The position numbers and the translations under genes are program-made. Positions 1 to 10,803 of a DNA stretch of 64,000 nt are shown in pieces. The number at the start of each line of letters is the position of its first letter. Positions within the stretch are counted from its first letter, which is position 1. The notes beneath the pieces are model-generated. The model saw nothing but the letters and a program-made list of their open reading frames with translations. It searched no databases and was not told where the DNA came from. Source of the DNA: Alphaproteobacteria bacterium (GTDB lineage Bacteria; Pseudomonadota; Alphaproteobacteria; UBA11222); assembly GCA_038318895.1 (NCBI GenBank), contig JBBQCS010000003.1:9381-73380 (forward strand), in the 5' to 3' direction.

Positions 1-68
1 CCGTCAGCGGGCTCGATGCGCTGCGCGATGGTTTGCCGGTGACACCCGTTACGGGTGATGGCAAGTGA
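1..68 (+). CDS. Efflux RND periplasmic adaptor (membrane fusion protein), C-terminal fragment; the gene starts upstream of the window
   Basis: The in-frame translation ends ...VSGLDALRDGLPVTPVTGDGK*. Its TGA stop overlaps the GTG start of the downstream RND pump (GTGA), the usual MFP-RND coupling. Confidence 0.5.
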   Translation, partial: VSGLDALRDGLPVTPVTGDGK

Positions 69-3000
69 CTAACCCCCCGGTGAATATCGCTGGCTGGCTG
101 GCGGAGCAGTTTGTCACATCGAAACTGACCATTTTATTGCTGCTTACCGCTGCCATAGTCGGACTGCTGGCCCTGTTCTTCATGCCGCGAGAGGAAAATC
201 CGCAGATCAAGGTGCCCGCAGCGGAGGTGCGCGTCACCATGCCGGGCGCGTCGGCGCGCGAGATGCACAATCTGGTTCTCTCTCCGCTTGAGGGCGTTCT
301 GAATGAACTTGAAGGGGTAAAGCATACTTACGGGATAGCCTCCAACTCGCTGGCTCTTGTCTCGGTGGAGTTTGAAGTCGGGCTGGACAAGGAACAATCG
401 CTGGTGCGGCTGTATGACCGCATACTTCTCAACCGCCGCCAGCTGCCAAAGGAAGCCAGCGACCCGGTCGTCAAATCCGTTGATGTCGATGACGTGCCAT
501 TTCTGACAGTAACGCTGGCGTCGGAAAAGTATGACGATTACGCTCTGAAACGCCTGGCGGACCGCATGGCTGACAGACTGCGCAGTTTGCGCCATGTATC
601 CGTCGTCGAGGTGCATGGCGGGCGTGACCGGGAAATCCGTCTGGAGATAGACCCCGAGCGCCTGCAGGCGTTTGACGTGTCACCGCTGGACGCCGTCAAC
701 GTTATTTCCGCCAATAATGTCGCTGCCCCCATCGGGGCATGGGTGCAAAACAACAGGCTGGAAACGGTTTTTCTGAACAGCCCGCTTAAATCCGCCGAGG
801 ATCTGAAATCCCTGATCATAACGCTGCATCAGGGGCGCCCGGTGCGGGTTGAGGACATAGCCGATGTAATTGACGGGCCTGCAACAGAGCGTGAATCGTT
901 CAGCCGCTTTGGTTACGGGCCGGCGTCGCCGCATTTTGATAGCGGCAAGACACAGGAGATGCCCGCAGTTATTATCGCGGTCGCGAAGCAGAAAGGCGCC
1001 AACGCGGTTGAAGCGGCGAAATCCGTCAGAAGCCGCATTAGCGCCATGCAGGCGGCGTTTGTTCCACAAGACGTGCAGGTGGAAATCACCCGCGACGATG
1101 GCCGGCGCGCCAACGCGTCCGTGAACAATTTGCTCAGTCATCTGATGTTCGCCATAGCAGCGGTTTTCTTTGTGCTGATTTTTTTCCTGGGCTGGCGTGA
1201 AGCAGTTATCGTCACCATAAACGTACCCGTGATCGTGTTTTTCACCCTTGCAGCGGATTATCTGGTTGGCATCAGCATAAATCGCATTACGCTGTTCGGA
1301 ATGATCCTGGCGTTGGGCCTGCTTGTTGATGACGCCATTGTCGTTCTGGAGAATATCAACCGGCGCTACGCAGCCGGCAACGGCGACAAGCGCGCACTTA
1401 CCGTTCAGGCCGCCAATGAGGTCGGCAATCCGACCAACCTCGCAACGTTCACAGTCATCGCCGTGTTCCTGTCCCTGAGCGTTGTGACCGGCATGAACGG
1501 CGACTATTTTCATCCCATCGTGTTCAGTGTGCCGGTGGCCATGGGAGCGTCCCTGCTGGCGGCCTATATCGTCGCCCCCTGGGCCGCGCATCGTTGGCTG
1601 CCGATGACGGTGAATGGGGATGATGCGGCGCACCAGACAAGCCCCCGGGCGCAGGTAATATACCGCCGGTTGCTGGCGCCCTTGCTGGACCAGCGCCGCT
1701 ATCAGCGCTGGGGAATCGCGGCGATGGTGGTGTTGACCGTTGGCGCGTTTTTCTTTCCCGTCTGGCAATTCGTCCGGCCGCAGGGGATCGGCGGGCCATT
1801 GTCGTTTTGGGCCATGACCGTCGGCCTGATGCCGAGGGACGACACCAATACCTTTAACGTCACGCTGGGCCTGCCGGAGAACACGCCGGTGGAAATTACC
1901 GCGCGCATGGCGGGCGAACTGACGGAACTGTTGCGCGGGGATCCGCACGTCGCCGATTACCAGACCTATATTGGCATGCCAGGGGTGTCCGATTTTAGCG
2001 GTCTGTTGCGGGGCAACAATAACCGGCGCGGCCAGCATTTGGCGGAAATCAGGGTGAATCTGCGGGACAAGTCAGCGCGAAAGGATTCCTCCAACGAAAT
2101 TGTCCGCCGTCTGAGGAAACAGATTAAACCCGTTATGGCGCGGTATCCAGGCAGCACGGTACAGCTTGTCGAAGACCCCCCAGGGCCTCCCTCGCGCAGC
2201 ACGATGCTTGCTGAAATTTACGGGCCTGACCCATACCAGTTGCATGCGATCGCGGCCATGGTGCGCAAGGAGTTTGAAAGCGTTTACGACATTGCCGAGG
2301 TGACCGACACCATTCCAGCCGATGTGCTTCGCCATCAGGTCATGGTGGACCGTGACAAGGCGGCGCTTTCCGGCGTGAGCCCGGCCTCGGCCGCTACGGC
2401 GCTGCAGGCCTTGTTTGGCGGGGTGGTCATTGGCCGCGCCCATCTGGAGGACGAACAGAACCCGGTCGCCATCCGGCTGATGGCGCCGCAACGCTATGCG
2501 ATGTCTCCGGACCAGATGGAACGCATTACCGTTCCAAACGCCAATGGCGCCAGAATCGCCCTGTCCGAAATCACACACACAGTATCCGTAACGGAAGACT
2601 GGCCGATCCTGACCAAAAACAATGAATTTGTGAGTTTTGTGGGCGGTGAATTAGACACCGCCTCGCCGGTCTACGCCGTGCTGGATCTGGACCAGAGGCT
2701 TGACGGGCGTGAACTGCCTGGGGGCACCAGGTTAAGCACTGGCAATTTGACACTCATTCCTGCCGAAGTGAACACCATATCCGGTTATCATTTGCTCTGG
2801 GATGGGGAAATGCGTCTGACCCTGGACGCGTTTCGCGACATGAGCGGCTCGCTTACTGTCGCTGTCGGCTTCGTCTATCTTCTTCTGGTGGCGTATTACC
2901 GCTCGTTCGCCATCCCCCTGATTGCCATGGCGGCCATCCCCGCGGCCTTTGTCGGTGTATTTCCGGCGCACTGGGCCACGGGCACCTGGTTCTCGATGGC

Positions 3001-3328
3001 GTCAATGATCGGGATCGTCGCGCTAGCGGGAATTGTCGTGCGCAGTTCGCTGCTGGTGATTGATTTTATCCGCGATAACGAAGCCCTGGGCATGCCCTTA
3101 CGCGAGGCCGCGCTGCAAGCCGGGGCCGTGCGGCTGCGGCCAATCATGCTGACGTCGTCCGCAATTGTGCTGGGCTCAGCGGTAATTTACGCCGACCCGA
3201 TGTTTTCCGGCATGGCGGTCAGCCTGATCGCCGGGACAATAATGTCTACAGCTTTGACTATCTTTCTGATTCCGACCTTATATTTCCGGTTTGCGTCCAA
3301 AAGACGGATTCGGGGCCAAGCCTATTAG
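65..3328 (+). CDS. Efflux RND transporter permease subunit (AcrB/HAE1 family)
   Basis: 1087-aa ORF with 12-TM RND architecture and AcrB-like N-terminus (TM1 followed by a large periplasmic loop). GTG start overlaps the upstream adaptor stop. Confidence 0.85.
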   Translation: MTNPPVNIAGWLAEQFVTSKLTILLLLTAAIVGLLALFFMPREENPQIKVPAAEVRVTMPGASAREMHNLVLSPLEGVLNELEGVKHTYGIASNSLALVSVEFEVGLDKEQSLVRLYDRILLNRRQLPKEASDPVVKSVDVDDVPFLTVTLASEKYDDYALKRLADRMADRLRSLRHVSVVEVHGGRDREIRLEIDPERLQAFDVSPLDAVNVISANNVAAPIGAWVQNNRLETVFLNSPLKSAEDLKSLIITLHQGRPVRVEDIADVIDGPATERESFSRFGYGPASPHFDSGKTQEMPAVIIAVAKQKGANAVEAAKSVRSRISAMQAAFVPQDVQVEITRDDGRRANASVNNLLSHLMFAIAAVFFVLIFFLGWREAVIVTINVPVIVFFTLAADYLVGISINRITLFGMILALGLLVDDAIVVLENINRRYAAGNGDKRALTVQAANEVGNPTNLATFTVIAVFLSLSVVTGMNGDYFHPIVFSVPVAMGASLLAAYIVAPWAAHRWLPMTVNGDDAAHQTSPRAQVIYRRLLAPLLDQRRYQRWGIAAMVVLTVGAFFFPVWQFVRPQGIGGPLSFWAMTVGLMPRDDTNTFNVTLGLPENTPVEITARMAGELTELLRGDPHVADYQTYIGMPGVSDFSGLLRGNNNRRGQHLAEIRVNLRDKSARKDSSNEIVRRLRKQIKPVMARYPGSTVQLVEDPPGPPSRSTMLAEIYGPDPYQLHAIAAMVRKEFESVYDIAEVTDTIPADVLRHQVMVDRDKAALSGVSPASAATALQALFGGVVIGRAHLEDEQNPVAIRLMAPQRYAMSPDQMERITVPNANGARIALSEITHTVSVTEDWPILTKNNEFVSFVGGELDTASPVYAVLDLDQRLDGRELPGGTRLSTGNLTLIPAEVNTISGYHLLWDGEMRLTLDAFRDMSGSLTVAVGFVYLLLVAYYRSFAIPLIAMAAIPAAFVGVFPAHWATGTWFSMASMIGIVALAGIVVRSSLLVIDFIRDNEALGMPLREAALQAGAVRLRPIMLTSSAIVLGSAVIYADPMFSGMAVSLIAGTIMSTALTIFLIPTLYFRFASKRRIRGQAY

Positions 3329-3351
3329 TGGCGGACGGGCGCATGGCGTTG

Positions 3352-3379
3352 TTGACAAACACGCCTTATTGTCTATTGT
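3352..3379 (+). promoter_or_regulatory. Candidate sigma70-type promoter (TTGACA-N16-TATTGT) upstream of rhlE
   Basis: TTGACA at 3352-3357 and TATTGT at 3374-3379 with a 16-nt spacer, about 125 nt upstream of the rhlE ATG. Confidence 0.25.
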
Positions 3380-3503
3380 CACCAGCAAAGAGCCTAGATT
3401 AGCGGGTACCGCAAGATTCGCCCCGGATATATCACGAATATTTTCTCTAGTGCCTCTATTGGTAACATTAGTCAGTAACAATTGCAGGTAGTCCCAACCA
3501 CAG

Positions 3504-4931
3504 ATGGACTTTTCTAATCTCGGTCTGAGTTCAGACCTGCTGCGCGCCGTTAGCGACGCCGGCTATTCAACGCCCACGCCAATCCAGGCGGAAGCCATCC
3601 CCGAAATTCTTTCTGGCCGGGATATTCTCGGTATCGCGCAAACAGGCACCGGTAAAACCGCCGGCTTCACGCTTCCGATGATCGATTTGCTGGCGCAGGG
3701 CCGGGCCAAGGCGCGCATGCCGCGTACGTTGATCCTGGAGCCGACTCGCGAACTTGCCATGCAGGTCAGCGAGAATTTTGAAACTTACGGCAAATACCAC
3801 AAGCTCAGCATGGCGCTGCTGATTGGCGGCGTATCGTTCAATGATCAGGCGAAACTGATTGACCGGGGCGTCGATGTGCTGATTGCGACGCCGGGGCGAC
3901 TGCTGGATCATTTCGGGCGCGGCAAGCTGATGCTGCACGGGGTCGAAATTCTGGTGATCGACGAAGCCGACCGCATGCTCGATATGGGCTTCATCCCGGA
4001 TATTGAAAAAATTTGCAGCCTGCTGCCCCCCACCCGCCAAACCCTATTTTTTTCGGCCACCATGCCAGGCGAAATCCAGCGCCTGACGAAAGCCTTTCTG
4101 AACGATCCCAAGCGCATCGAAGTGGCGTCGCCCACGTCCGCCGCCAAGACCGTAAAACAGTCTCTGGTAATGGTGGACGCGCGCGGAAAACGCAAGGCAC
4201 TGCGGTCATTGCTGCGTTCGGAGCCGGTAGCCAACGCCATAATTTTCTGCAATCGCAAACGCGACGTGGATATGTTGTTTCGCAGCCTGAAAGAACATGG
4301 CTTCAGTGTCGGTGCACTGCATGGCGACATGGAGCAGCGACACCGGCTACAGGTGCTGGAGCAATTCAAGACCGATGAAATTCAGTTGCTGGTGGCCAGC
4401 GATGTCGCCGCACGTGGCCTGGATATTCCCAAGGTCAGCCACGTCTTCAACTTTGACGTTCCAATCCACTCTGAAGACTATATTCACCGCATCGGGCGCA
4501 CCGGGCGCGCGGGCCGTGAAGGTTTTGCGTTTATGTTCGCCTCCCCTGCCGAAGCGAAGTATGTCGACGCCATTGAACGCATGACGGGTATTGCAATACC
4601 GAGGACCGAGAGCACACCGCAGACCACCGCGGCTGAGCAAGATGAACAACCTCAGGTAGACCAAAAATCCGAGGAAACGCCAAAGCGCCGCAGACCAGCG
4701 GCGAGACGTGCAAAAACCGAGAAGCTGCCTGAACCCGCCGCGGTCGCGCCGGCGGATAAACCGGTTGAGCAGCCTATCAATGATCGCCATGTTTCACGCC
4801 CGCTACACGCAGACGATGATCGTCGAGGTAATCAGCGTGTTGTAGGCATGGGTGACCATGTGCCCGCGTTCATCCTGCGTCCCGTACCGGGAAATCTGAT
4901 AAAATCGGCTGCCCAGCCGGAATCTGAATAG
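3504..4931 (+). CDS. rhlE: DEAD-box ATP-dependent RNA helicase (RhlE-like)
   Basis: Helicase motifs AQTGTGKT (I), PTRELA, VIDEADRMLDMGF (DEAD), SAT and HRIGRTGRAG (VI). Basic/acidic low-complexity C-terminal tail. Confidence 0.9.
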   Translation: MDFSNLGLSSDLLRAVSDAGYSTPTPIQAEAIPEILSGRDILGIAQTGTGKTAGFTLPMIDLLAQGRAKARMPRTLILEPTRELAMQVSENFETYGKYHKLSMALLIGGVSFNDQAKLIDRGVDVLIATPGRLLDHFGRGKLMLHGVEILVIDEADRMLDMGFIPDIEKICSLLPPTRQTLFFSATMPGEIQRLTKAFLNDPKRIEVASPTSAAKTVKQSLVMVDARGKRKALRSLLRSEPVANAIIFCNRKRDVDMLFRSLKEHGFSVGALHGDMEQRHRLQVLEQFKTDEIQLLVASDVAARGLDIPKVSHVFNFDVPIHSEDYIHRIGRTGRAGREGFAFMFASPAEAKYVDAIERMTGIAIPRTESTPQTTAAEQDEQPQVDQKSEETPKRRRPAARRAKTEKLPEPAAVAPADKPVEQPINDRHVSRPLHADDDRRGNQRVVGMGDHVPAFILRPVPGNLIKSAAQPESE

Positions 4932-5035
4932 GCGTCTGGGCAACCTATCCTTCTCATCACTGAAATTTGTTTTTGCGCCAACCTGTGCAACCGCATACCA
5001 TTCTCGTATGTGTCGTCACCCGCTGGAGATATTTC

Positions 5036-6448
5036 ATGCGCATACAAACACTTGTTCTGCCGTCTCGGTTTGAAAACAGCGTAATCCGGTTTTGCGCAAC
5101 AATCATAGGTGTCGTGGCGCTGTCTTCCTCTGCACTCGCCGGCGTGCCCGCAGAAGTTGCCGAACGCCTCGGCACGGACCTGACCCCGATGGGGTCTCAG
5201 AAGTCCGGCAATAAAGACGGCACAATTCCGGAATGGACCGGTGGACTGCAAACACCCCCGGCGAATGTCACGTACAAAATTGGCGACCGACACCCCGATC
5301 CTTATGCCGACGACAAAATCCTGTTCACCATCACCGCAGCCAATGCAGGTCAGTACGAAAAAAATCTGACTGAAACAACCCGGGCAATGTTCGCCAATTA
5401 TCCTGATACATACAAAATAAATATTTTTCCCGGAAGGCGCTCTTGTGCGCAGCCTGCCGCAGTCTATGCCATGATAAAACAGAACGCGTTGACCAGCGAC
5501 GAGACACCCGATGGCGCGGGGCTGACGGGCGCAATACGCGGTACCGCGTTTCCGATCCCCAGCACCGCGCAGAAAATCATGTGGAACCACAAACTCAAAT
5601 TTCGGAATTTCAAGGTAACGCGGCAGTTTGTGGCGGCGGTTCCGACCCGAGGCGGCGAATTTTCGCCCTATGTCGTACAAGATGAGGTCCTGCAAAGCTA
5701 TTCGGATCCGACTAAAACCGACGTCTCAGAACTCGGCAACATCAGCTTGAGATATATAGCTAATACCATCGCGCCCGCGCGGGCCGCCGGCAATGTGGTT
5801 ATGGTGCATGAAACCATCAACCAGTCCGAAGGCTCCCGCAAGGCGTGGGTCTACAGCCCTGGCACCCGCCGTGTCCGTCGCGCCCCCGATATTGCCTATG
5901 ATAATCCCGGCACCAATTCGGACGGGCTGCAAACCGTTGACAGTTTCGGCGGGTTTAATGGCGCGACCGACCGCTATGACTGGACATATATTGGCCGTCA
6001 GGAGGCCTATGTTCCTGCAAACAACTACCGCATGGAACAAAGCGACCTTCAGTACAAAGATATCTTTACTGCAGGTGGGCATATCAATCAGGACTTGCCG
6101 CGGTATGAGCTTCAGCGCACGGAAGTGATTGAGGCCAATCTGCGCGCGAGTGTCCGCCATCTTTACCCCAAGCGGAAATTCTGGATAGAAACTGACGCAT
6201 GGGACGTAATCAATACCAGCCAATATGATGCGCGTGGGCAACTATGGCGGGTTCAGGAAATGTTTGCGTCCACTTATTATGAAGTTCCGGTTTGCGCCGG
6301 GGTTGGTGGCGTTTCTTACGATCTCAATGCGGGACGTTATCTGGTTGGGGGGTTCACAAATCAGGAACCACCGATCAACTTTTTTGCCGATGAGCTAAAG
6401 GAAGACCGCTACACACCCGATTCAATCCGCCGGCTGGGGGTTCGCTGA
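5036..6448 (+). CDS. Secreted DUF1329-like (LolA-fold) protein, hypothetical
   Basis: Signal peptide (…IIGVVALSSSALA). The motif SGNKDGTIPEWTGGL resembles the DUF1329 family. The ORF track begins at 4967; the in-frame ATG at 5036 (MRIQTLV…) is preferred. Confidence 0.5.
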   Translation: MRIQTLVLPSRFENSVIRFCATIIGVVALSSSALAGVPAEVAERLGTDLTPMGSQKSGNKDGTIPEWTGGLQTPPANVTYKIGDRHPDPYADDKILFTITAANAGQYEKNLTETTRAMFANYPDTYKINIFPGRRSCAQPAAVYAMIKQNALTSDETPDGAGLTGAIRGTAFPIPSTAQKIMWNHKLKFRNFKVTRQFVAAVPTRGGEFSPYVVQDEVLQSYSDPTKTDVSELGNISLRYIANTIAPARAAGNVVMVHETINQSEGSRKAWVYSPGTRRVRRAPDIAYDNPGTNSDGLQTVDSFGGFNGATDRYDWTYIGRQEAYVPANNYRMEQSDLQYKDIFTAGGHINQDLPRYELQRTEVIEANLRASVRHLYPKRKFWIETDAWDVINTSQYDARGQLWRVQEMFASTYYEVPVCAGVGGVSYDLNAGRYLVGGFTNQEPPINFFADELKEDRYTPDSIRRLGVR

Positions 6449-6474
6449 TCCGTCAATCAGCAGACCGCCCGCCG

Positions 6475-8481
6475 CTATTCAAACTCCAGGATTATCTGAT
6501 CGACCGCCAGGCTGTCGCCGGCCTGCACCTTGATAGCCGCAACGACGCCATCGCTTTCCGCGCGCAGAATATTCTGCATCTTCATAGCCTCCACGACCGC
6601 CAGCGTCTCGCCCGCCTTGATCTCCTGCCCCACCTCGACAGCAATTGAAACCACGAGCCCCGGCATCGGGCACAGCAGGAATTTCGAGAGATCAGGCGCG
6701 ATCTTCTCTGGCATCAGGGCAAACAGCTCCGCCGAACGGACACTGCGCATAACGCCCTTTACCGTGGCGCCGCGATGCGTCAACAACCGGTAACTTGCCT
6801 GCCGGTCAACCTGCACAATCAGGCGGCGGCCATCCACCGTGGCGCGCATTACCGGCTGCATCGGAGTCCAGTCCGTGACGACACGGCATGGCTTGGCGGC
6901 ATCCGCAAATGTAACGGCGGCCCCCCCCTCTGTCAGCACGGCCTCCACCGGATAGCTTTCATCCTCCAGCGTCACCACCCATTCCTGACCACGGGGTTTT
7001 TGATAGTTTCCGTTAATCTGGCCGGATATTTGGCTGGCACGCGCGGCCTGCTGCAAATAGATGAAAGCCGTCAACGCCACCAGATCGCGCTTAATCTCTG
7101 GCGATAAGTGCGTACCATGAAACCCGTCGGGCCATTCCTCCGCGATGAAGGCTGTGGTAAGGCGCCCTTCCCCAAAACGAGGATGCTGCATCACTGCCGC
7201 GACGAAGGGCACATTGTGCTGAATACCGCGTATATGAAACGCATCCAGCGCATCGCTCATGGCGGCTATCGCTTCGCCGCGGGTGGCGGCGTGGGTGCAC
7301 AGTTTTGCGATCATCGGATCGTAAAACATGGAAATTTCCGCGCCCTCAAACACCCCCGTATCGTTGCGTACGGTAACGCCATCTTGAATCGATTCCTCCG
7401 GCGGCTGATAGCGCACCAGACGCCCGATGGACGGCAGGAAGTTGCGGAACGGATCTTCCGCATACACACGGCTTTCCATTGCCCAACCGTTCAGCTTTAC
7501 ATCCGTCTGAGTGATCGAAAGTTGCTCGCCTGCCGCTACGCGGATCATCTGTTCCACCAGGTCGATGCCGGTGATCAGTTCGGTTACCGGATGTTCCACC
7601 TGCAGGCGCGTATTCATTTCCAGAAAATAGAAGTTCCGGTCCTTGTCGACGATGAATTCCACCGTGCCCGCGGACTCATAATTCACGGCCCTGCACAGGG
7701 CGACCGACTGTTCGCCCATCGCCTTGCGGGTAGCTTCATCGAGGAACGGGCTGGGCGCCTCTTCGATCACCTTTTGGTGACGGCGCTGGATCGAACATTC
7801 GCGCTCGCCCAGATATAATGTGTTGCCGTGTTTGTCTGCCAGCACCTGAATTTCTATATGGCGTGGTTCGGTTACAAACTTTTCGACAAACACGCGGTCA
7901 TCGCCGAAACTGGAAACCGCCTCTGCCGTGGCTGCGGGAAATCCTTCTCGTACTTCGGCTTCGTTCCAGGCGATGCGCATGCCCTTGCCGCCGCCGCCAG
8001 CCGACGCCTTCAGCATCACGGGATAGCCGATGTCCGATGCGATCTTTACCGCCTCGTCCGTATCCTTGATCACGCCCAGATAACCCGGCACCGTATTGAC
8101 CTTGGCGGCGGCCGCCAGTTTTTTTGATTCAATCTTGTCGCCCATGGCCTGAATGGCGCGCACATTGGGGCCAATAAAGGCGATGCCTTCTTTTTGCAGG
8201 CGTTCCGCAAACGCCGTGTTTTCCGACAAAAAGCCATAGCCCGGATGCACGGCCTGTGCCCCGGTCTGCTTCACTGCCGCAATGATTTTGTCGGCGATCA
8301 GGTAAGATTCGCTGGCCGGCGGCGCGCCGATATGCACCGCTTCATCCGCCATCTTCACATGCAGCGCTGCCGCATCCGCGTCGGAATAAACAGCAACGGT
8401 TGCTATGCCCATTTTGCGCGCCGTCTTAATAACCCGGCAGGCGATTTCGCCGCGATTGGCGATCAGAATTTTTGTGAACAT
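6475..8481 (-). CDS. pccA: Propionyl-CoA/acetyl-CoA carboxylase alpha subunit (biotin carboxylase + BCCP)
   Basis: N-terminus MFTKILIANRGEIACRVIKTARKMGI (biotin carboxylase) and a C-terminal biotinyl domain with EAMKM. 668 aa, typical of PccA. Confidence 0.9.
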   Translation of the reverse strand: MFTKILIANRGEIACRVIKTARKMGIATVAVYSDADAAALHVKMADEAVHIGAPPASESYLIADKIIAAVKQTGAQAVHPGYGFLSENTAFAERLQKEGIAFIGPNVRAIQAMGDKIESKKLAAAAKVNTVPGYLGVIKDTDEAVKIASDIGYPVMLKASAGGGGKGMRIAWNEAEVREGFPAATAEAVSSFGDDRVFVEKFVTEPRHIEIQVLADKHGNTLYLGERECSIQRRHQKVIEEAPSPFLDEATRKAMGEQSVALCRAVNYESAGTVEFIVDKDRNFYFLEMNTRLQVEHPVTELITGIDLVEQMIRVAAGEQLSITQTDVKLNGWAMESRVYAEDPFRNFLPSIGRLVRYQPPEESIQDGVTVRNDTGVFEGAEISMFYDPMIAKLCTHAATRGEAIAAMSDALDAFHIRGIQHNVPFVAAVMQHPRFGEGRLTTAFIAEEWPDGFHGTHLSPEIKRDLVALTAFIYLQQAARASQISGQINGNYQKPRGQEWVVTLEDESYPVEAVLTEGGAAVTFADAAKPCRVVTDWTPMQPVMRATVDGRRLIVQVDRQASYRLLTHRGATVKGVMRSVRSAELFALMPEKIAPDLSKFLLCPMPGLVVSIAVEVGQEIKAGETLAVVEAMKMQNILRAESDGVVAAIKVQAGDSLAVDQIILEFE

Positions 8482-8493
8482 TATTTTTTCAGT

Positions 8494-10023
8494 CTACAGA
8501 GGAATATTCGCGTGTTTCTTCCACGGGTTCTCAAGCTGCTTGTTGCGCAGGCGCTGCAATCCAAGGCTGATCCGCCGCCGCGTTGAATGGGGCATGATGA
8601 TTTCGTCAATGTAGCCCCGGTTGGCGGCGACAAATGGATTGAGAAACTGTGTCTCATATTCTTCAGTGCGCGCAGCAATCTTTTCTGGAGACCCAATTTC
8701 TTCCCGGAAGATGATTTCCACCGCACCTTTGGCGCCCATCACCGCAATGCCTGCTGTCGGCCAGGCAAAGTTCAGATCGCCGCGCAGATGTTTGGACGCC
8801 ATCACCACATAGGCACCACCCATCGCCTTGCGGGTGATTACCGTTATTTTGGGCGCCGTCGCCTCGCAATAGGCGAACAGCAATTTCGCGCCATGCTTGA
8901 TCAGCCCGCCATATTCCTGTGACGTTCCCGGCAAAAACCCAGGCACATCGACGAAGGTTATGATTGGAATGCTGAAACAATCGCAGAACCGCACAAACCG
9001 CGCCGCCTTGCGGCTGGCGTCAGAATCCAGGCACCCGGCCAGCACCATCGGCTGATTGGCGACAACGCCCACCGGCTGTCCATCTATGCGCGCAAAACCG
9101 GTGATGATGTTCTTGGCGAAACTTTCCTGTATTTCAAAAAAGTCGCCCTCATCCGCAATTTTGAGGATCAGTTCTTTCATGTCATAGGGCTTATTGGCAT
9201 TGTCCGGCACCAGCGTGTCGAGCGACATTTCCAGCCGGTCCGGCGCATCCCATGTGGATCGTACCGGCGCCTTTTCACGGTTATTGGCGGGCAGGAAGCT
9301 CATCAAACGACGGATTTGCTCCAGGGTTTCGACATCATTGTCATAGGCGCCGTCGGCAATGGACGATTTTGTGGTGTGGACGCTGGCTCCGCCCAACTGT
9401 TCGGCGCTGACTTCTTCCTGAGTGACAGTTTTCACCACATCGGGGCCCGTGACAAACATATAGGACGTATCACGCACCATGAAGATGAAGTCGGTCATGG
9501 CGGGCGAATACACATCGCCGCCAGCGCAAGGCCCCATAATCACTGAAATCTGCGGGATAACCCCCGACGCCATCACATTGCGCTGAAAAATTTCCGCATA
9601 GCCACCCAGGCTGTCGACGCCTTCCTGAATGCGCGCCCCACCGGCGTCCATCAGGCCAATAATCGGCGCGCCATTGCGCAGGGCCATGTCCTGTATCTTG
9701 CAGACCTTTTGGGCATGGGCCTGGGACAGCGAGCCGCCAAACACCGTAAAATCCTTGGCGAACACATAGACGATGCGGCCATCAATAGTGCCCCAGCCGG
9801 TTACCACCCCGTCGCCCGGAAAGCGCTGTTCGGCCATGCCAAAATCGGCACAGCGATGCTCGACAAACATGTCAAACTCTTCGAACGAACCCGCATCCAG
9901 CAGCAGTTCCAGCCTCTCACGGGCCGTCAGCTTGCCCTTGGTGTGCTGGGCGTCAATGCGGCGCTGCCCGCCGCCCTGCCTTGCGACAACGCGCTTTACG
10001 TCCAACTGGCCAATCGTATCCAT
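8494..10023 (-). CDS. pccB: Propionyl-CoA carboxylase beta subunit (carboxyltransferase)
   Basis: 509 aa in the acyl-CoA carboxyltransferase family (…[13 protein letters not shown]…, …[20 protein letters not shown]…), lying 13 nt upstream of pccA. Confidence 0.9.
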   Translation of the reverse strand: MDTIGQLDVKRVVARQGGGQRRIDAQHTKGKLTARERLELLLDAGSFEEFDMFVEHRCADFGMAEQRFPGDGVVTGWGTIDGRIVYVFAKDFTVFGGSLSQAHAQKVCKIQDMALRNGAPIIGLMDAGGARIQEGVDSLGGYAEIFQRNVMASGVIPQISVIMGPCAGGDVYSPAMTDFIFMVRDTSYMFVTGPDVVKTVTQEEVSAEQLGGASVHTTKSSIADGAYDNDVETLEQIRRLMSFLPANNREKAPVRSTWDAPDRLEMSLDTLVPDNANKPYDMKELILKIADEGDFFEIQESFAKNIITGFARIDGQPVGVVANQPMVLAGCLDSDASRKAARFVRFCDCFSIPIITFVDVPGFLPGTSQEYGGLIKHGAKLLFAYCEATAPKITVITRKAMGGAYVVMASKHLRGDLNFAWPTAGIAVMGAKGAVEIIFREEIGSPEKIAARTEEYETQFLNPFVAANRGYIDEIIMPHSTRRRISLGLQRLRNKQLENPWKKHANIPL

Positions 10024-10068
10024 TAAACCCCCGGCTTAAATGCTGCTCTTGTGGCGCTTGGCATAGCA

Positions 10069-10788
10069 TCAATTAGTGTCAGATTCCAGCACTTGAAGCA
10101 TATGGCCGGCCTGGGTGAACGCGGTGAAGGCGCCAGCACGGTTTGCGGCGGCCTGGGCGTCTTCACCCCATTTTTCCCGTTGCCAGTCCTCGTCGACATT
10201 CACCACCTGCCAGGCGCTGTCAATGTCCAGATGTCCTTCCGCCACCGCCAACCCCACGATCAGCGAGCCGCATATGCCAACAGCCGCGCGCAGGGCGCAG
10301 AGTTGAAACGGGTCTGCCGCCGCAATCCGGGCCTGTAACGCTGCCAAAACAGCGCTATCCTGCTCTATCGCGACGATACTACTGGTAACCCGCAGGCGCA
10401 CCCCGTAGCGGGCCTCCGCCCAATCCAGAAGCGGATCCCAGGCCTCCACCTGACGCGCCGCCAGCGCCGCCGGCCCATCAGCGCGGTAACACAACAGATC
10501 GGTGGCGCCATAGGCCAGCAACGCATCTGCAAGTTTGATCCTGTCGTCAGCGCCTCGATCAATGGCGCTGTTCACCAGCTGATTGATGCCCATGCTTGAA
10601 AATTCAATATGCGTCTGTTGGTTTTCCCATTCCACCGCCATCGCTTCCGCCAGAGCCTTGTTACGCACTAGGACTGTTTCACCGCCCGGTGTGCGTATCG
10701 GCTTACCGTCCAGTGTTATGTGATAGCCCCCATCCATTTTTGCTGTCGCGGCAGTTTCATAGAAACGCTTCATCCTGGGGGACGCCAT
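10069..10788 (-). CDS. ATP12-family F1-ATPase assembly chaperone
   Basis: The motif KRFYETAATAKMDGGYHITLDGKPIRTPGGETVLVRNKALAEAMAVEW matches the ATP12/ATPAF2 N-terminal signature common in alphaproteobacteria. Confidence 0.75.
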   Translation of the reverse strand: MASPRMKRFYETAATAKMDGGYHITLDGKPIRTPGGETVLVRNKALAEAMAVEWENQQTHIEFSSMGINQLVNSAIDRGADDRIKLADALLAYGATDLLCYRADGPAALAARQVEAWDPLLDWAEARYGVRLRVTSSIVAIEQDSAVLAALQARIAAADPFQLCALRAAVGICGSLIVGLAVAEGHLDIDSAWQVVNVDEDWQREKWGEDAQAAANRAGAFTAFTQAGHMLQVLESDTN

Positions 10789-10803
10789 ATCATCGTTTCC
10801 TTT

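Noticed and set aside
680-2038. 452-aa ORF antisense to the RND pump gene
   Set aside because: It lies entirely inside a strongly supported AcrB-family CDS on the other strand. Its Arg/Pro/Gly-rich low-complexity translation is typical of GC-rich antisense frames.
7108-7818. 236-aa + strand ORF inside pccA
   Set aside because: It is antisense to the biotin carboxylase gene.
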